In this document: positions 15,931 to 31,406 of the stretch, one piece after another | Layout of the letters: each line of letters opens with the position of its first letter | Numbering within the stretch: the stretch's first letter is position 1 | Assembly (NCBI RefSeq): GCF_009914755.1 | Contig: NC_060925.1 | Strand: one strand, 5' to 3' | Length of the DNA: 64,000 nucleotides | Source of the DNA: the human T2T-CHM13v2.0 reference genome, Homo sapiens | Translations under genes and position numbers: made by a program | Notes under the pieces: model-generated | Told to the model about the DNA's origin: nothing | Seen by the model: the letters and a program-made list of their open reading frames with translations, nothing else | Databases searched by the model: none

Positions 15931-16367
15931 TGCCAGACAAATGGAGCATCTTTTTACCTTCTGAGTATCTCTTGAATCCATCCTCCTCTCTCCATCTCTC
16001 TCACCAGCTCCAGCCCTGTCTCACCTGGGCGGGCGCAATGGCCCCCCTGCCGGCTGGCCTGTATTCACTCTAATCTCTTCAGTCGGCTTGCAGCCAGCAC
16101 GATCTTCTAAAATCAAAACAAAGTCTGATCACGTACCTTGGGTTGTCTAATCCCTGAGAACTGGAGGCAAAAGTGGAATTGAGGGCTGAGGGTTAAAGGT
16201 AATTTGGATTAAGAGAAAGGGATAGAGCTGCAAAGAGGGGTGGGAACAAGGTTATACCAATTCACCAAGTATTCATGGGGGGTGCTGTGCTTGGTGTTGT
16301 GAGGTGATGTGAGTCTATTATAGTATCCTGTCCTTATGTTGCTCAACAATTCTGTGGGAAGACAGTT

Positions 16368-17028
16368 TGCAAAGAGAAAACTGTCGTCTCAAAGACCACT
16401 AGGATGGCTAGATGTAGAAGGGAGAGCTTTATTGGCATTATTGGTTTGCAAGCCGGAAAGAGAAAGTCTCTAATGTGGACTGAAGGTGCTCTCTCTTCAA
16501 AGAGGAGAAAGACAAGTTGGGTTTTATGCCTAACAGGGCCAGTATCATACATATTCAGCAGGTTTGGGGGGGAAGCTATACATATTCATGAAGGGAGATG
16601 ACACATGCGCAATGGGTAAATAGATATGTTACAGACATCCCGTGTTCACTTTGGGGCAGGGTTTTAGCATTAAAATTTGGCTCTTTACATCAAAAGGTGA
16701 ACTATAGGACACAAAGACAGTTTGTGCACAGCCTTTATAAGCTGCTGAAGCCAGCTTAAGGTCTGTAACTGCTTATCAGAAAAGAAGGCTTGTAAGGCCG
16801 GCCTTCTGTCCAACCAGAGTTATAGTGGTCTGGGTTTTAAATCAGCCTGCTAGCTCCTGTTGTTAGGGAATTTAGCAGTGGTGTGGTTTTTCTTATAGTT
16901 GTAGGAATTTAGAAATTTGCCATGCCAGCCAGGCCTTGAACCCTCCACCTGTAGGTAACTTTATTTCCTTACACTTAGGGTCTGTCTTAGCTGACACAGT
17001 GGTGTATATTTTGGCCTCTTGGATCACA
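16368..17028 (-). mobile_element. MER39-type ERV1 solo LTR
   Basis: End 'GGAATTTAGAAATTTGCCATGCCAGCCAGGCCTTGAACCCTC...GGATCACA' is the reverse complement of the MER39 start. Confidence 0.75.
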
Positions 17029-17800
17029 AAACAAATGGAGTGAAAGTAAATGCAAAACTGTGTGCTTCTAATTGTAAAATACTTTTGTCTGTTGCAGAAG
17101 CTCAAGGAAGCTCATGGTGAAGCCCCGATTTGAAATGGGACTTTGAAGAGGAAGGTGACTACAACACAGAGGGAAGGATGGGCTTCTGAACAGGGGACTG
17201 GCTTGGGCTAAGACGTAGGGGCAGGGGGCAAGAGTGTGGGGAATATGCGGTGGAGAGAAGGTGCCAGCATGAAAGGGAGCTGGTTGGACTCTGCTGGAGA
17301 GCTGGCTGGGTGGTGGAGTCAGGTGAAGTAGGACTTCAAAGTTTAGCCTGAGGCAATGAGATCTAATTTAGACTAAATGTAGATCATCTGATGAATTATT
17401 GATTTGCTTCAATGGATAATTTCATAGCTCAGAAGTGGAAGAAGCAAGGAAGAAATGCACCACCCTGGACTTAACTCTGACTGGCCCCAGGGAATGCTTT
17501 TTGGCAATAGAGTGACCAGGGAGGGCCCATAGAGGAAGTCACTGTGTCAGCCTGGAGTGGGTCACAGCAAGTGAGGGCACCTTGAATATGGCAGGCATTA
17601 GTGCTAAGCTTGAGGAAAAGGCATTGGAAAAGGCCTGCTTGGGAAAACTGAGAGGTCAGGCTCCTGGCTGGAGACTTAGGAATGGTAGTGGTGGTTGCAC
17701 AGGGAGATTCCCAGAAAGAAGATGGAGGCTGTGAAAATGGAAATCTGCCATGCAGTCACAAATAATTTCAAAGAGAGAAAGGCACTGCCTCTTCCCTACT

Positions 17801-17815
17801 TCTCTCTCTCTCTCT

Positions 17816-17854
<39 letters not shown>

Positions 17855-17865
17855 CACATACACAC
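17801..17865. repeat. (TC)n(CA)n compound microsatellite
   Basis: Directly visible. Confidence 0.95.
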
Positions 17866-18344
17866 GCTGTCTGCTCCTCATGTCTGTCATTAGGCATTCA
17901 GGCAGTTAATTCTCCCAGACACACCACTGAGAGTGCTAGGAGCCTTGTAGAGTTGAAAATGGGTGTTGCAAGGCTCATTACAGAATCCCGGAGAAAGAGG
18001 ATAAGGACAGGGATTTCCCCTCCCTCAGCCTCTGAAAGAGGCCCTGCACCTCCATTTCTACCCACTCTGAAGGCCCTGTCCATTATCCAGCCCCCAGCCC
18101 CTGGCTCCCTGCCCTCCTCTGACTCTGCTCCAGGTCCATGGTCATGCCCACTCCGTCTGGGTCCCATTTCATATTCCTAATATGAGAAAGATCCTGAACC
18201 CCCTAACTTTTGGAGTAAAGAGGGCAGAGGGGCAAGGTGACAGGGAAACAGCCTAGAGAGAATCCCAAACTGACCACACCACCTCTCTTTCCCATCAGCT
18301 CTAGGCCAGCATGGCTCACAAGGAAGCTGGGTGGCGTTTCTCCT

Positions 18345-19110
18345 CCTCTCCCACCATTGTGAAGGATCTTCTTGCTGCTAGAGTGCAGCGCCTGGTACAG
18401 AGCATACATTTCAGTGTTAAGTGAATGAGTGAATGTTTGAAGTGCTTATTAAGCACCCAGCCTGTGCCAGGCATTATCCTGCACTTGAAACGTATTAGTA
18501 AATCAAAGCCATAAGAATTCCTGCACGAGTCACGTCCACATTCTACTGAGGGGTGAAGGCCAATGAGCCAAGCACACGATAAACCAGTGCATTAGATACT
18601 ATGTTGGGAAGTGTTAAGTGCTTGGGGAAAAAATACAGCAGACTAAGGGGGACGGGGGAAAGAGGGTGTTGCAACTTTAAATAGGGTGGTCAGAGCAGGT
18701 GTCATTGAGGAGGTGACATTTAAGCAAAACCTTGAAGAGGTGAAGAAGCACTGCAGGGAGTGTGAAGAACAGGAGCGAGGACCCTGAGGCGGGAGGAAGT
18801 GTGGCAGGTTGGAGACACAGCATGGAAGTGGTGTGACTGGAGCAGGGACAGAGAGGGAGCTGGGATCAGAGAGGAGCAGGAGTGAGTGGGCAGGTCAAGC
18901 TGACTTCCCCGGAGGTCTTCCTTGACCACGCTTGATAAGGCAGCCCCTTGGCCCAGCACTCTCCATCCCATTACCCGCTTTGTTTTCCTCATTACACCCG
19001 CACCACCATCTGGTGTATTCTGTTCTGTTCACACTGCCTGCCTCCCTAAGGAAGGATGTAAGGTTCGTGAAGGCAGGGACTTTACCCATTTGTTACCTGC
19101 TCTATCTAAT
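18345..19110. mobile_element. Cluster of L2 fragments in alternating orientation (+ tail ~18345-18435; - ~18436-18890; + ~18900-19110)
   Basis: L2 tail 'GCCTGGTACAG...GAATGAGTGAATG'; antisense 'TATTAAGCACC..CTGTGCCAGGCA', 'GAGGAGGTGACATTTAAGCAAAACCTTGAAG'; sense 'GATGTAAGGTTCGTGAAGGCAGGGAC'. Confidence 0.7.
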
Positions 19111-20294
19111 GTCAGAACGGCTGGTGAGGGTGAAGAGGTCAGGATGCCTTCCACACCAGAGGCTGATGAGGAGCTGCAGCTCCTCATTCCTTGACTGCAG
19201 GAAACCCTTCCTGACCCAGGCTGATTATTGTCATCATGAAGGGAAATCTGTAGTGGTTGGCCACAGGGCTCTTTCATTGGCCTTGGCTGGTTGAGAGCAG
19301 GGATGAGCTGTACAGGCAGAGTCTTCTGTGAGGGTTGTCCCTGGACCTTCCTCACAGGCAGGCAGATGTTTTGCTTTTATTTGTTCAACAAACATTTGTT
19401 GGGCACCTACTATATGCCATGCACTGAGCTTACCGACTTAGGTTAGGTGGAGGAGGGAGGGACAGTTGGGATGATGCCACCCTAACCCTTTCCAGGCCCT
19501 CCCAGGTCCCAAGCTTCATTGGGCACATGAGTAGCATATGCCAGGTGCATGCCAGGCCTTGGGAATGCAAAGATGAACAGCACAGTGCCTGCACTCAATC
19601 AAGTTGCTGTCACTGTAGTAGATGTGAGAGACATGTAAACAACTGTCTGCAAATCCACTGTGATAAGTACAATGGCAGTGTATCCAGGTGACAAGGGGAA
19701 GGGGCAGAAAAGGTCTCAGAGGAGTGATGCTTGAGTTGAACTCAAAGTGGAGTGATATGTCAACTTGTGATCTGGTTTGAAGTACCCCAAACCCTGTTCT
19801 TGTTGAGCCTGGAATGAGAAGTTCAATTGTATGGATTAGGTATCATCCTCTTCTTTGGCGCTGAAAATAATTGGTGTTCCCAAGAAAGTAACTAACGTAG
19901 CACACAATTCTGAGATCGCCTTCTTACATGTGAAGAAACCAGGCGCCATGTGAAAGGGGTTGATGGAGAGAAAGGAGTAAATGGGGTTCCCTCATCTCCT
20001 AGTTCTCTGTCCCCTCTCCACTTTTAGTGGTCTCTATTTTTAGGTGCCAAGGCTGTCTAGGTTTCTCTCTAATCCTAGAGGGAAGAATTGATAAACACAT
20101 TAGTAAACACATTTATCCTAATAGGCTAATGATCTGGGCTCTCCTCACCGCTCTGCTTTCTTCTCTCCCTTGATGCATCTCCTGGGGGCAATTAAAAGTT
20201 CCATCTCTACAAGCCTGATGAGGCTTCTGAACCCTCTCCTCACTTCCTGCCTCTGAGTCCAGCCCCTACCTACCATGTCCTGGCCTTGTAGATA

Positions 20295-20565
20295 GGACCT
20301 GATGAATACGAGGTTTCTTGATTTTAGCAGGAATTGGACAAAGGCTCCCATGGCTATGTTGTGGACAAAGTAGAAGAATAAGGCAGATGATATTATATCA
20401 GATGGAGAACTGATTGGTTTAATAGACAGAAAGAGCATTGGTAATTGTCATACTGAAATATCATCAGAATTTAATCAGTGGCTTGAATAAAGACTAAATG
20501 ACGCAAAACTTAGAGGAAAAGATAATACAAAGATCAACAAAATCAGATATCTAAAGACTGGATGA
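20295..20565 (+). mobile_element. L3/CR1 reverse-transcriptase fragment
   Basis: Decayed 'LDFS(KAF)DK..H..LVDK.E' (CTTGATTTTAGCAGG...GTGGACAAAGTAGAA) and '(AD)DxKLxG' (GACGCAAAACTTAGAGGA) motifs typical of CR1 RT. Confidence 0.65.
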
Positions 20566-22116
20566 GGAGAGACAAATCAGATTATCAGCTGGATGACTCC
20601 GGAGACTCTCCCTAGGTAACCCAGCAATATATTGGCCCTATAGGATGGCTTCAAGAACTCAGATTGGAGCCAATGCCGATATGCGAACTCCTCACTTAAT
20701 TTTTCTGGGGAGACAAGCTATTTCTCATGCTGGCAAGGTTGTAACCAATTGCAAAGCTAAAGATCTATCCCTTCCCACATCCATCACTAATATGCAAGAC
20801 AACGGAGCACAGTGATCCCTCTCCTGGATCACACAGCGCACACATGGCACTCTAAGACACGTTCATCCCAAGCATGCCTCTTCATGGGATGGCAAGGGTC
20901 TGAAAGGACCACATCCATGCTGCCAGCCTGTGCCTGAGTACTCACGCTTTGAGTCTGCATTTATCCTTGCCCCCTGCTTTACAAATTGGTATAAACAACA
21001 TTTTAAAAAACCAAAAGATAAAATGTTATACAGACAAATATACTGCATTTGTGCTAAAAATATCAGTTATGTAACTATAGGAATGGGAAGACTTGGCTCT
21101 ATACCTTGAAAAGGAACCATGAGTTTAGTGGATTTAGAACGAGTCAGGAAGTGACCTGGTGGCTTATAAGTGGTCTGTCGCTTCATTAACAGATGCAGCA
21201 TCCAGATCTCAGGAGAGGACATTGTACTCATCTTGCCAGCCCACCCAACTGGAAGCCATGCTTAGTGTAGCCTACTCTAGGCACAGGAAGAGGCAGGGCT
21301 CACAGCTGCCACTGATGTATATGCAGAGTACGTACAAGGCGAGTGGAGCAGCCAAGAGAACCAGACTGTAGCAGGTTAATTGGCTGGGGCTGACAGATTC
21401 CAAGTCAAACTGGCCCAAGCTCATGTCTGGGATTCTAAAGCAGAAGGAAGAGTCAAGAGAGAGGGAATGGACCTGGATGACTGCAAGAGGACCAGGTGCA
21501 GAAGCCAAAACATACCATACTGAGGCAGACAGGAGCAGGTGGTTAGGGGACTAAGGCAATTACTGAGGAGAGAGGCTGATGAAGACGGAAGTAAAAGAAA
21601 AACAGGTTGGAGTGCTGCAGCTGAGGAGCCCTGCTGGCTGCAGTACCACTGTCTACATTATTTTAAAAACTATTTCTTCTTTTTTATAAAAAAATCAAAC
21701 TAATGCATGAGTATTATTTTTAGTTTTGTTTTTAAAATTAAATCGTATTGCCACATCCATAACTTAAAAATTGCAATCCTCTGACCCAATTTTTTGAATT
21801 CCTGCTTTCTAGAACCAAATGCTTTCAACTCTTTTCTGTTTCTTCTGTTTTTCTCTCTTTATTTGTAAACAGCAGATTATGCTACTATTTCTTTTTTTTG
21901 TTTTGTTTTTTAGGTTTAGTTTTTTGGCTCCTGTATGAAAGATGAGGATTGTGTTCCCTCACACCATCCTTTCCCACTCTCTGGCCGCCTAATATATTCA
22001 CACTATTCCTCCTCCCCATCCTCTCAATATACTATTGTTACCTTATGGGTAAAATCAATGCTTATTAATTTTGAGCATTGATTTTATGATGTTTATGATG
22101 TTATGATCATGGAAAT

Positions 22117-22335
22117 GCAATTCACTGCTGATCTAGGGAATACAATAAAACTACTTTATGTTTTACCTGGATTTAATAGTTGCCTCATTGTTTGTTTGTT
22201 TCTTAGTTTTCCAGGTACCTATCACAGCAATTCACTGCTGATCTAGAAGATACAATAAAACTACTTTATGTTTTACCTGGATTTAATAGTTGCCTCATTG
22301 TTTGTTTGTTTCTTAGTTTTCCAGGTACCTATCAC
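22117..22335. repeat. Tandem duplication, 110-bp period, 2 copies
   Basis: 22117-22225 and 22227-22335 identical except 3 clustered mismatches (TAGGGAATAC vs TAGAAGATAC). Confidence 0.97.
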
Positions 22336-22711
22336 GAATTCATTCTCAGAATTTCTGAAAGAACAATAAAAATCATTGCAATATGTGCAAACATTAGGTA
22401 GTCTGTTTGTTTCTTTTTTCTTTTTCTACTCGGGGATTTCCTCCTAGTGCATTTTGTCCTTCTGTTACTTGTAAGTCTCTAAGCTTGCTACACAACTATC
22501 ATTGGGAACTTTTCTGCACCATTAATCTGGAAATTCCCTTTGCCTCTTTTCTGTGTTAAAACTCCTGTTTTCTAGATTCTGTGTTTCCCCCCCTGCTTGG
22601 TTTATTCACTTCTTTTGGCAGAATACATCTGCAAGTAGCTTATTGTGAAAAGATAAGTGGGAGGTTAATTTTTTGAAATCTTGCATATCTGAAAATGTTT
22701 TTATGTATTTT

Positions 22712-25540
<2,829 letters not shown>

Positions 25541-25598
25541 GCTTTACATATTCTTACACTTGTTTACTGTTTAATTTGAAAAGGATTTTCCCTTAGAA

Positions 25599-25816
25599 TA
25601 TAGGCTGGCAAAGTTTTTCTGTTAAAAAAAAATGGTAACAAATATTTTAGATTTTGGGGACCACACATGATCTCTGTAACATATTCTTCTTTGGTTTTGT
25701 TTATGTTTTTCTTTCTATAACTCTTAAAAATTGAAAAACCATTCTTAGCTCAGGAGCCATAGAAAATCAATCTGCGGTCTGGATTTGGCTCTCAGGCCAC
25801 AACTGGCCAACCCCTG
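25599..25816 (+). mobile_element. MER58-family (MER58C-like) DNA transposon
   Basis: Ends '..GGCTGGCAAAG' and 'GGCCAACCCCTG'; 8-bp TSD CCTTAGAA/CTTTAGAA. Confidence 0.8.
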
Positions 25817-26504
25817 CTTTAGAATTATGAAGGCATCGCTCCATTGTCTTCTAGTATTTTTCCTCATCCTTTCTATGTAAACTTTGTTGTTGTTGTTTTG
25901 TTTTGTTTTCTCTCTGGAACCATTTAGAGTCTTCCATTTATCTCTGGTTTCTGGAAGTTTCTCAAAGATGTTCTCTGTTGTTTGTCTTTTTTATTCATGT
26001 ACTAGAAAATCTGTCAATATGAAAACTGTCAACGTGGCAATTCATATCCCTTTAGATCTGGAAAAAAATTTAACTATTATTTCTTTGCTAATGTCTTCCC
26101 CCATTTTGCTATTCTCTCCTTCCTGAACTCCTATTACTCAAAATTAATCCTCTAATTTTCTTAACTCTTCTCTGTCTCCTGTCCCCAGTCCCCACTCATC
26201 CCTGCATCTGTTGTCTTTTTATTCTGAGTCTTGGGAGACTTCCTCAGCTTTATTTTTCAACTCGCTTTTAAATTTTGAAATTCCTGCCATATATATATTT
26301 AATTCCAAGAACTCTTTCTTATTCTCTGAATGTTTTCTTTTATAGAATCCTATTTTTGTTTCATGGATGCTGCATATTTTCCTACATTTCTAAAGATATT
26401 AAAAATTGTTAAAATTTCCTTTTGCTTTTTTCATTGCATGTTTTTTTCTTTTTCCTTGTTGCTTTTACTATGGGGAGAGGGATGATTTGTCCAAATGTTT
26501 TCTT

Positions 26505-26727
26505 ACTATTTGCTGATGAAATGCATGAGGCAAAAAGAAAATCTGAGGACCTCACCATCATGTCATTCCTCAGGTCACAAGGTCCCTTGCCAGTTTTGCT
26601 GTTACCCTCCACCTTTCAGAGTCTCCTTGGGTTAGTGTCATGTGTAATGTCCAGGGTGTTTAGATGTACCGAGCAGGAGGTATAGGGAAAAGCATGTCTA
26701 TTTCATTGTTCCAGAAGCAGATGTCCC
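26505..26727 (-). mobile_element. Old L1 5'UTR fragment (L1M4/L1MC-like)
   Basis: 'CTCCACCTTTCAGAGTCT...ATGTCCAGGG..TTTAG...ATAGGGAAAAG...TTCCAGAAGCAGATGTCC' matches antisense L1M 5' end. Confidence 0.6.
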
Positions 26728-28167
26728 CAATCCGTTGTTTTTCCTATTTCACAAATGAAGTAAAAGACTCATCTATGCGTGCCCCAGATCACAGGATTTG
26801 GAGAAGGATGTGGAGTGATTACCATGGAGCTTTTCCTCCTGCCAGAAACCAGAGGGCCCAGAACATGTAAGAACCAGCAGTAGGGGCCTCAGTCATTCAT
26901 AGGATGTTATGTGCCCCAAATCACACAGCAGGTAAATAGCAGAACTAGAATGTCATTTCACAAGGTATGGTTCACAGACCACCTGCATAAAAATGTTAAG
27001 TATGTCTGTTAGAAATGCAGATACCTTGGACCCTAGCCTAGACCTTCTGCAGAAGGTGATTTTGTTTGTGTGCCCTTTAAAGGCTGTTAAGCACTGCTAT
27101 GAGAAAAAAGAATTCCATGATCTCTTGGTGCTCCTCAAACTGAGACTCCATGATTCTCTTGAAGCAGTCACCCCAGTCGCCCTGCATGGATGACAGCCCG
27201 TGCTTCTTGTTTAATTTCTGGTAAAACTAGCCTGGCGAGCAAGGCCAGCCCTGACTTACTGGAACACACCATGAGCCGTGGGGGTCAGAGAGCTTTCTCC
27301 ATGGGGAGGAAGACTGGGAGGGGGTGCAGCGGGAAACCTAGTCAGAAGCAGCAGACAGTGGAAGACTAATGGGATTAATACTTGGGATTCATTAGCCAAG
27401 GATTCTGGAACTTTTCCAGTCCTCTCCAGCAAATGGCCCAAACTGCCCCCTTAATAGCATTAAGTGAAATTACAAATCAGAGACGGTGGCTGATCAATCT
27501 CCTTGGGGCTTCTCTACAGCTTTTGTGCAGTAGGGGTGGTGACAGTCCTTCAGTGGGGCGACTGGTCCTCTGCCAGCAGCTGCAGCACTTGCTCCACTTG
27601 GTCCGTTTCCCTCTTCCCTGGCCTGGAAGAAAGGAGCCAGAACACACAGGTCTGGATCACCATCAAGGCTTCTTCCTCACCCATCTCACTCCCTCCCGTT
27701 CCATAGCACAAAAGCCACCAGTCAAAGGGGAGCCAGTCAGAAGCAAAACGCTCTGTCCCAGAAATTTCCACGGTCATAAAATTTGGATTGGGGTGGTGTC
27801 CTGGGCAGAGGAACCACAGTAGAATGGTGGCAGGAAAGACTTTCTTTTTCAAACATAGCCGAGCCTACATGCCTTGCGAATCTTAGAGGCTCAAAGAGAG
27901 AAGAGGAGCCTTCATCCCCTGGGTACCACTTCTCCTTCCAAGTCCAGGCTCTGGGGCAGGGAACCCCCTCGGATGGAAAGGTTCTGATGGAATCTCCCCA
28001 CAGAGGTCTTGCTGCCTCATCTGATCACCTGCTCACGTTCTCCACCTCTTTAGCCTAACGGATGGGGTTTCATGATCATCCATCATTCTCTCTCTCCTTC
28101 CCAAGACAAGCCTAGATCACTTCGTCACCCACATCCATCCTTTCTTCTAGGAAGAAGGATGGGAAAT

Positions 28168-28613
28168 AAATCAGTCAAAGTTCTCCAGAGAAGTAGAACC
28201 AGTAGGATATGTAGATATATCACAGGAAATTTATTCAGGGAATTGGCTCACTCGAGAAGTCTCGAGATATGCTATCTGTAAGCTTGGAGAACCAGGAAAG
28301 CAGTGATATAATTCAGTCTGAGTATGAAAGCCTGAGAACTGGAGCTCCAGTGTCTGAGGGAAAAAGAGGATGGATGTTCCAGCTCAAGAAGAAAGTGTAA
28401 ACTTGCTCTTTCTCTACCTTTTTGTTCCATCTGGGCCTTCAGTGGATTGGACGGTGCCTGCCTACATTGGTGAGGACAATGGTTTTTACTCAGTCCACTG
28501 ATTCAAATGCTAATCTCTTCTGGAAATGCCCTCAGAGACACACTCAGAAATAATGTTTTGCCAGCTATCTGGGTATCCCTAAGTCTAGCTGACACGTAAA
28601 ATTAGCCATCACA
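28168..28613 (-). mobile_element. MLT2-type (ERV-L) solo LTR
   Basis: 'GTTCTCCAGAGAAGTAGAACCAGTAGGA...GGAATTGGCTCAC...TGACACGTAAAATTAGCCATCACA'. Confidence 0.85.
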
Positions 28614-29124
28614 GGAAGATAACCAAGCCAGGTCCTGAAGTGAGAGCAGACGGGTAAGCAGTTTGTGTTGTTCTGCAGTGGCTGAGCCCCTGAGGGGACC
28701 AGGGCTGCTGTGCCAGATGGGGAGTGCCCAGCTCCAGGGATGCTTCTATGTTGGCAGCAATCATTAAATCTGCCTGCCTGAATCTCATTGGCCAGGCCTC
28801 GTCTCCTGCCAGGTACAGCGTCATTGCCCCTCACTGAGACCAATCAGCAGCACAGTCAGCAGTAGAGTGGGCCAAGAGCAATTTCTTCATGACATTTACA
28901 AAGAGAGGGTGGGATTTAGCACATTGTGCATTTCTCTGGGCTCCCTGACGGTCTGATGGCATCCAAATCCCAAAGGTGGTGACCACACATGTGAGCATAT
29001 GCAGGGCCTGCTGAAGCTGCCTACAAACAGATGTGCATGTGTGAGGAAGCTCGGGTGTTTCTGGGTACCCAATAAATAATCTTATCTATAATACATCAAA
29101 ACGGGAAATCAATTCTGGTAATTA

Positions 29125-29305
29125 CCCTATTTTCTTCATTCTAATATACCATTGATTATAAGATGCATCACTGATTTAACAGCTGCCTCAAAAAGAAACT
29201 TTACAATAAACATGCAGGTCTATTTTAAGACATATCCCCATTTCAGAAATGTTAAAATGTGTGCGAGGAAGAGGGGAGATGCATATTATAATTAAGAGAA
29301 AATGG
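29125..29305. mobile_element. MER104-like (Tc2) MITE
   Basis: 'CCTATTTTCTTCATTCTAA..ATTGATTATAAGATGCA...ATTTCAGAAATGTTAAAATGTG...AAAATGG' flanked by TA. Confidence 0.55.
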
Positions 29306-30029
29306 TAATGGGGAGATAGTCAAACCAATTGACTGATTGAATTAATCAGTAAATGCAGTGAGTGTGATTCATTGGAGGGTTTTCAGTGTGTTGGTGGGCA
29401 CCCTGACTCAGCCACCCTGAGATAAATTATTGTGCTCCCCTCTTAGCCAGCTCTCAAGGGTCTCTTCCCAGAGTAACTCCTCATATTCATTGTCACGTCT
29501 GATAGTGACATGTTATAGTCAGGCATCTGATCCTAACTAGGTGACTCTCAGAAGAATTACAGGCAAGAAGATGCTCTCCTCTCCTTTCATCTGGCATTGA
29601 CTTTTGAGCTCAGTTCCTCCCCTCTATTCCCCAGGGATCCAGATCTCCTGGGGTATCACCATCATGAGATGCCCCTACCTCTAAGCTCCACCAAAAAGCA
29701 CTGGGCATTCTCCTCCTACCCGTTGTCCAGGTGAGGAGCGAGACCATTATCATTTGCCTCCAGTCTGACTCTCTTACATCTGTCCCAGTGCACCCCAGTA
29801 TGGAGCCTGTAGCCACCCTGTCTGTCCCTATCTCTCCAGTGCTCTGGGATTCCTCTTGCCCCCAGTCTTCTCCAGTGCTGTTCTCCTAACCCTGAGGGCC
29901 TTGGTGACCTTGATCACCACCCCAACTATTGCTCTGAAGATGAAATAAGGTGGGCTGTGGACACATATTGGATCCTGTGATGGACCAACAGCTGATAACA
30001 GGCCAGCAGGACACCAGGAAGGTCTAAGG

Positions 30030-30254
30030 CAGAGGTGTCCAATCTTTTGACTTCCCTGGGCCACATTGGAAGAAGAAGAATTGTCTTGGGCTACACATAA
30101 AATACACCAACATTAACAATAGCTGATTAGCTAAAAAAAAATTGCAAAAAAAAAAACTCATTATGTTTTAAGAAAGTTTACAAATTTGACTTGGGCTGCA
30201 TTCAAAGCCATCCGGGGTCACATGCGGCCTGCGGCCGTGGGTTTAAAAAGCTTA
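30030..30254 (+). mobile_element. MER30 DNA transposon
   Basis: 'GGTGTCCAATCTTTTGACTTCCCTGGGCCACATTGGAAGAAGAAGAATTG'; perfect 8-bp TSD GTCTAAGG. Confidence 0.92.
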
Positions 30255-30302
30255 GTCTAAGGCTGGGGAAAAAGCACATTTTTGAGAAAATAAAAATCAC
30301 AA

Positions 30303-30596
30303 TTTTTTGTTTTTGAGACGGGTTTCACTCTGTCACCCAGGCTGGTGTGCAGTGACACAATCACGGCTCACTACAGACTCGACCTCGCTGGACTCAGGTG
30401 ATCCTCCCACCTCAGCCTCCCAAGTAGCAAGGACTACAGGCGTGTGCCATCAGGCCTGGCTAATTTTTGTATTTTTTGTAGAGATGAAGTCTCACTATGT
30501 TGCCCAGGTTGGTCTCAAACTCCTGAGCTCAAGCCATCTGCCCACCTCAGCCTCCCAAAATGCTGGGATTACAGGCGTGAGCCACTGCACCTGGCT
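30303..30596 (-). mobile_element. AluJ
   Basis: J-type dimeric Alu antisense. Confidence 0.92.
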
Positions 30597-30711
30597 GAAA
30601 ATCAGAAAATTTTGATCCACACTGGGGACAGGGAGTAACTGGTTGTTAACTGAGTGAACAACAAGGAGGATGGAGTGGTCTAGAGAGAAACTTAAGAGAA
30701 AGAGAGAGAGA

Positions 30712-31073
30712 GGCCATATGCAGTGGCTCATGACTGTAATCCCAGCCCTTTGGGATGCTGAAGTGGGCGAATCACCTGAGCCCAGGAGTTTGAGACTAGC
30801 CTGAGCAACATAGGGGGACCCTGTCTCTACAAAAACAAAAACAAACAAACAAACAAAAAATTAAAAATAGCCAGGCATGGTGGGGCACGCCTGTGGTCCC
30901 GGCTACTCAGGAGGCTGAGGCAGAAGGATTGCTTGAGCCTAGGAGATTGTGGTTACAGTGAGCTATGATCACGCCACTGCACTCCAGCCTGGGTGACAGA
31001 GCAAGACCCTCTTTCAAAACAAAAGACAAAAACAAAACAAAACCCAACCAACAAAACAAAACAAAAATAAAAA
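30712..31073 (+). mobile_element. AluJ with (CAAAA)n tail
   Basis: J-type dimeric Alu sense. Confidence 0.92.
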
Positions 31074-31204
31074 GAGGAGACAGTCTTTATGAGGGTGCTA
31101 CAGAACAGCCCTGCTTTGAGGAAGGTAGGGCACATTTCAGGAGTCCCTTATGGTCTTTAGATTTCTAAATTTTCTATTTTTATCTAGTCTTCCCATCTTC
31201 CATT

Positions 31205-31406
31205 CACTGGTTCTCAACCTGGGTTTAAGGTACTGGCCCTGCCTAGGAGTGTTTGGAAATGCCTAGGAGAGTTGTGGCTGTCACAACTGGGCCTCTACTG
31301 CCATGTAGGGGGCAGGGCCAGGGATGCTAAGAAGCCTGAAGCTCTTGGTATTGCAGGTGGAAAAATTGCCTGTCCCAAAGACAAGATACAGATTGAGAAA
31401 CACCAG
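31205..31406 (+). mobile_element. MER20-like DNA transposon
   Basis: 'CACTGGTTCTCAACCTGGG...TTTGGAAATGCC...GGCTGTCACAACTGGG...GGCCAGGGATGCTAA...TTGAGAAACAC'. Confidence 0.7.

Noticed and set aside
16035-16060. CTCF-like GGCCCCCCTGCCGG
   Set aside because: Mismatch at the conserved GGC core position and lies within an L2-like relic.
17695-18180. 161-aa ORF
   Set aside because: Non-ATG start, spans a (TC)n(CA)n microsatellite, no domain or splice support.
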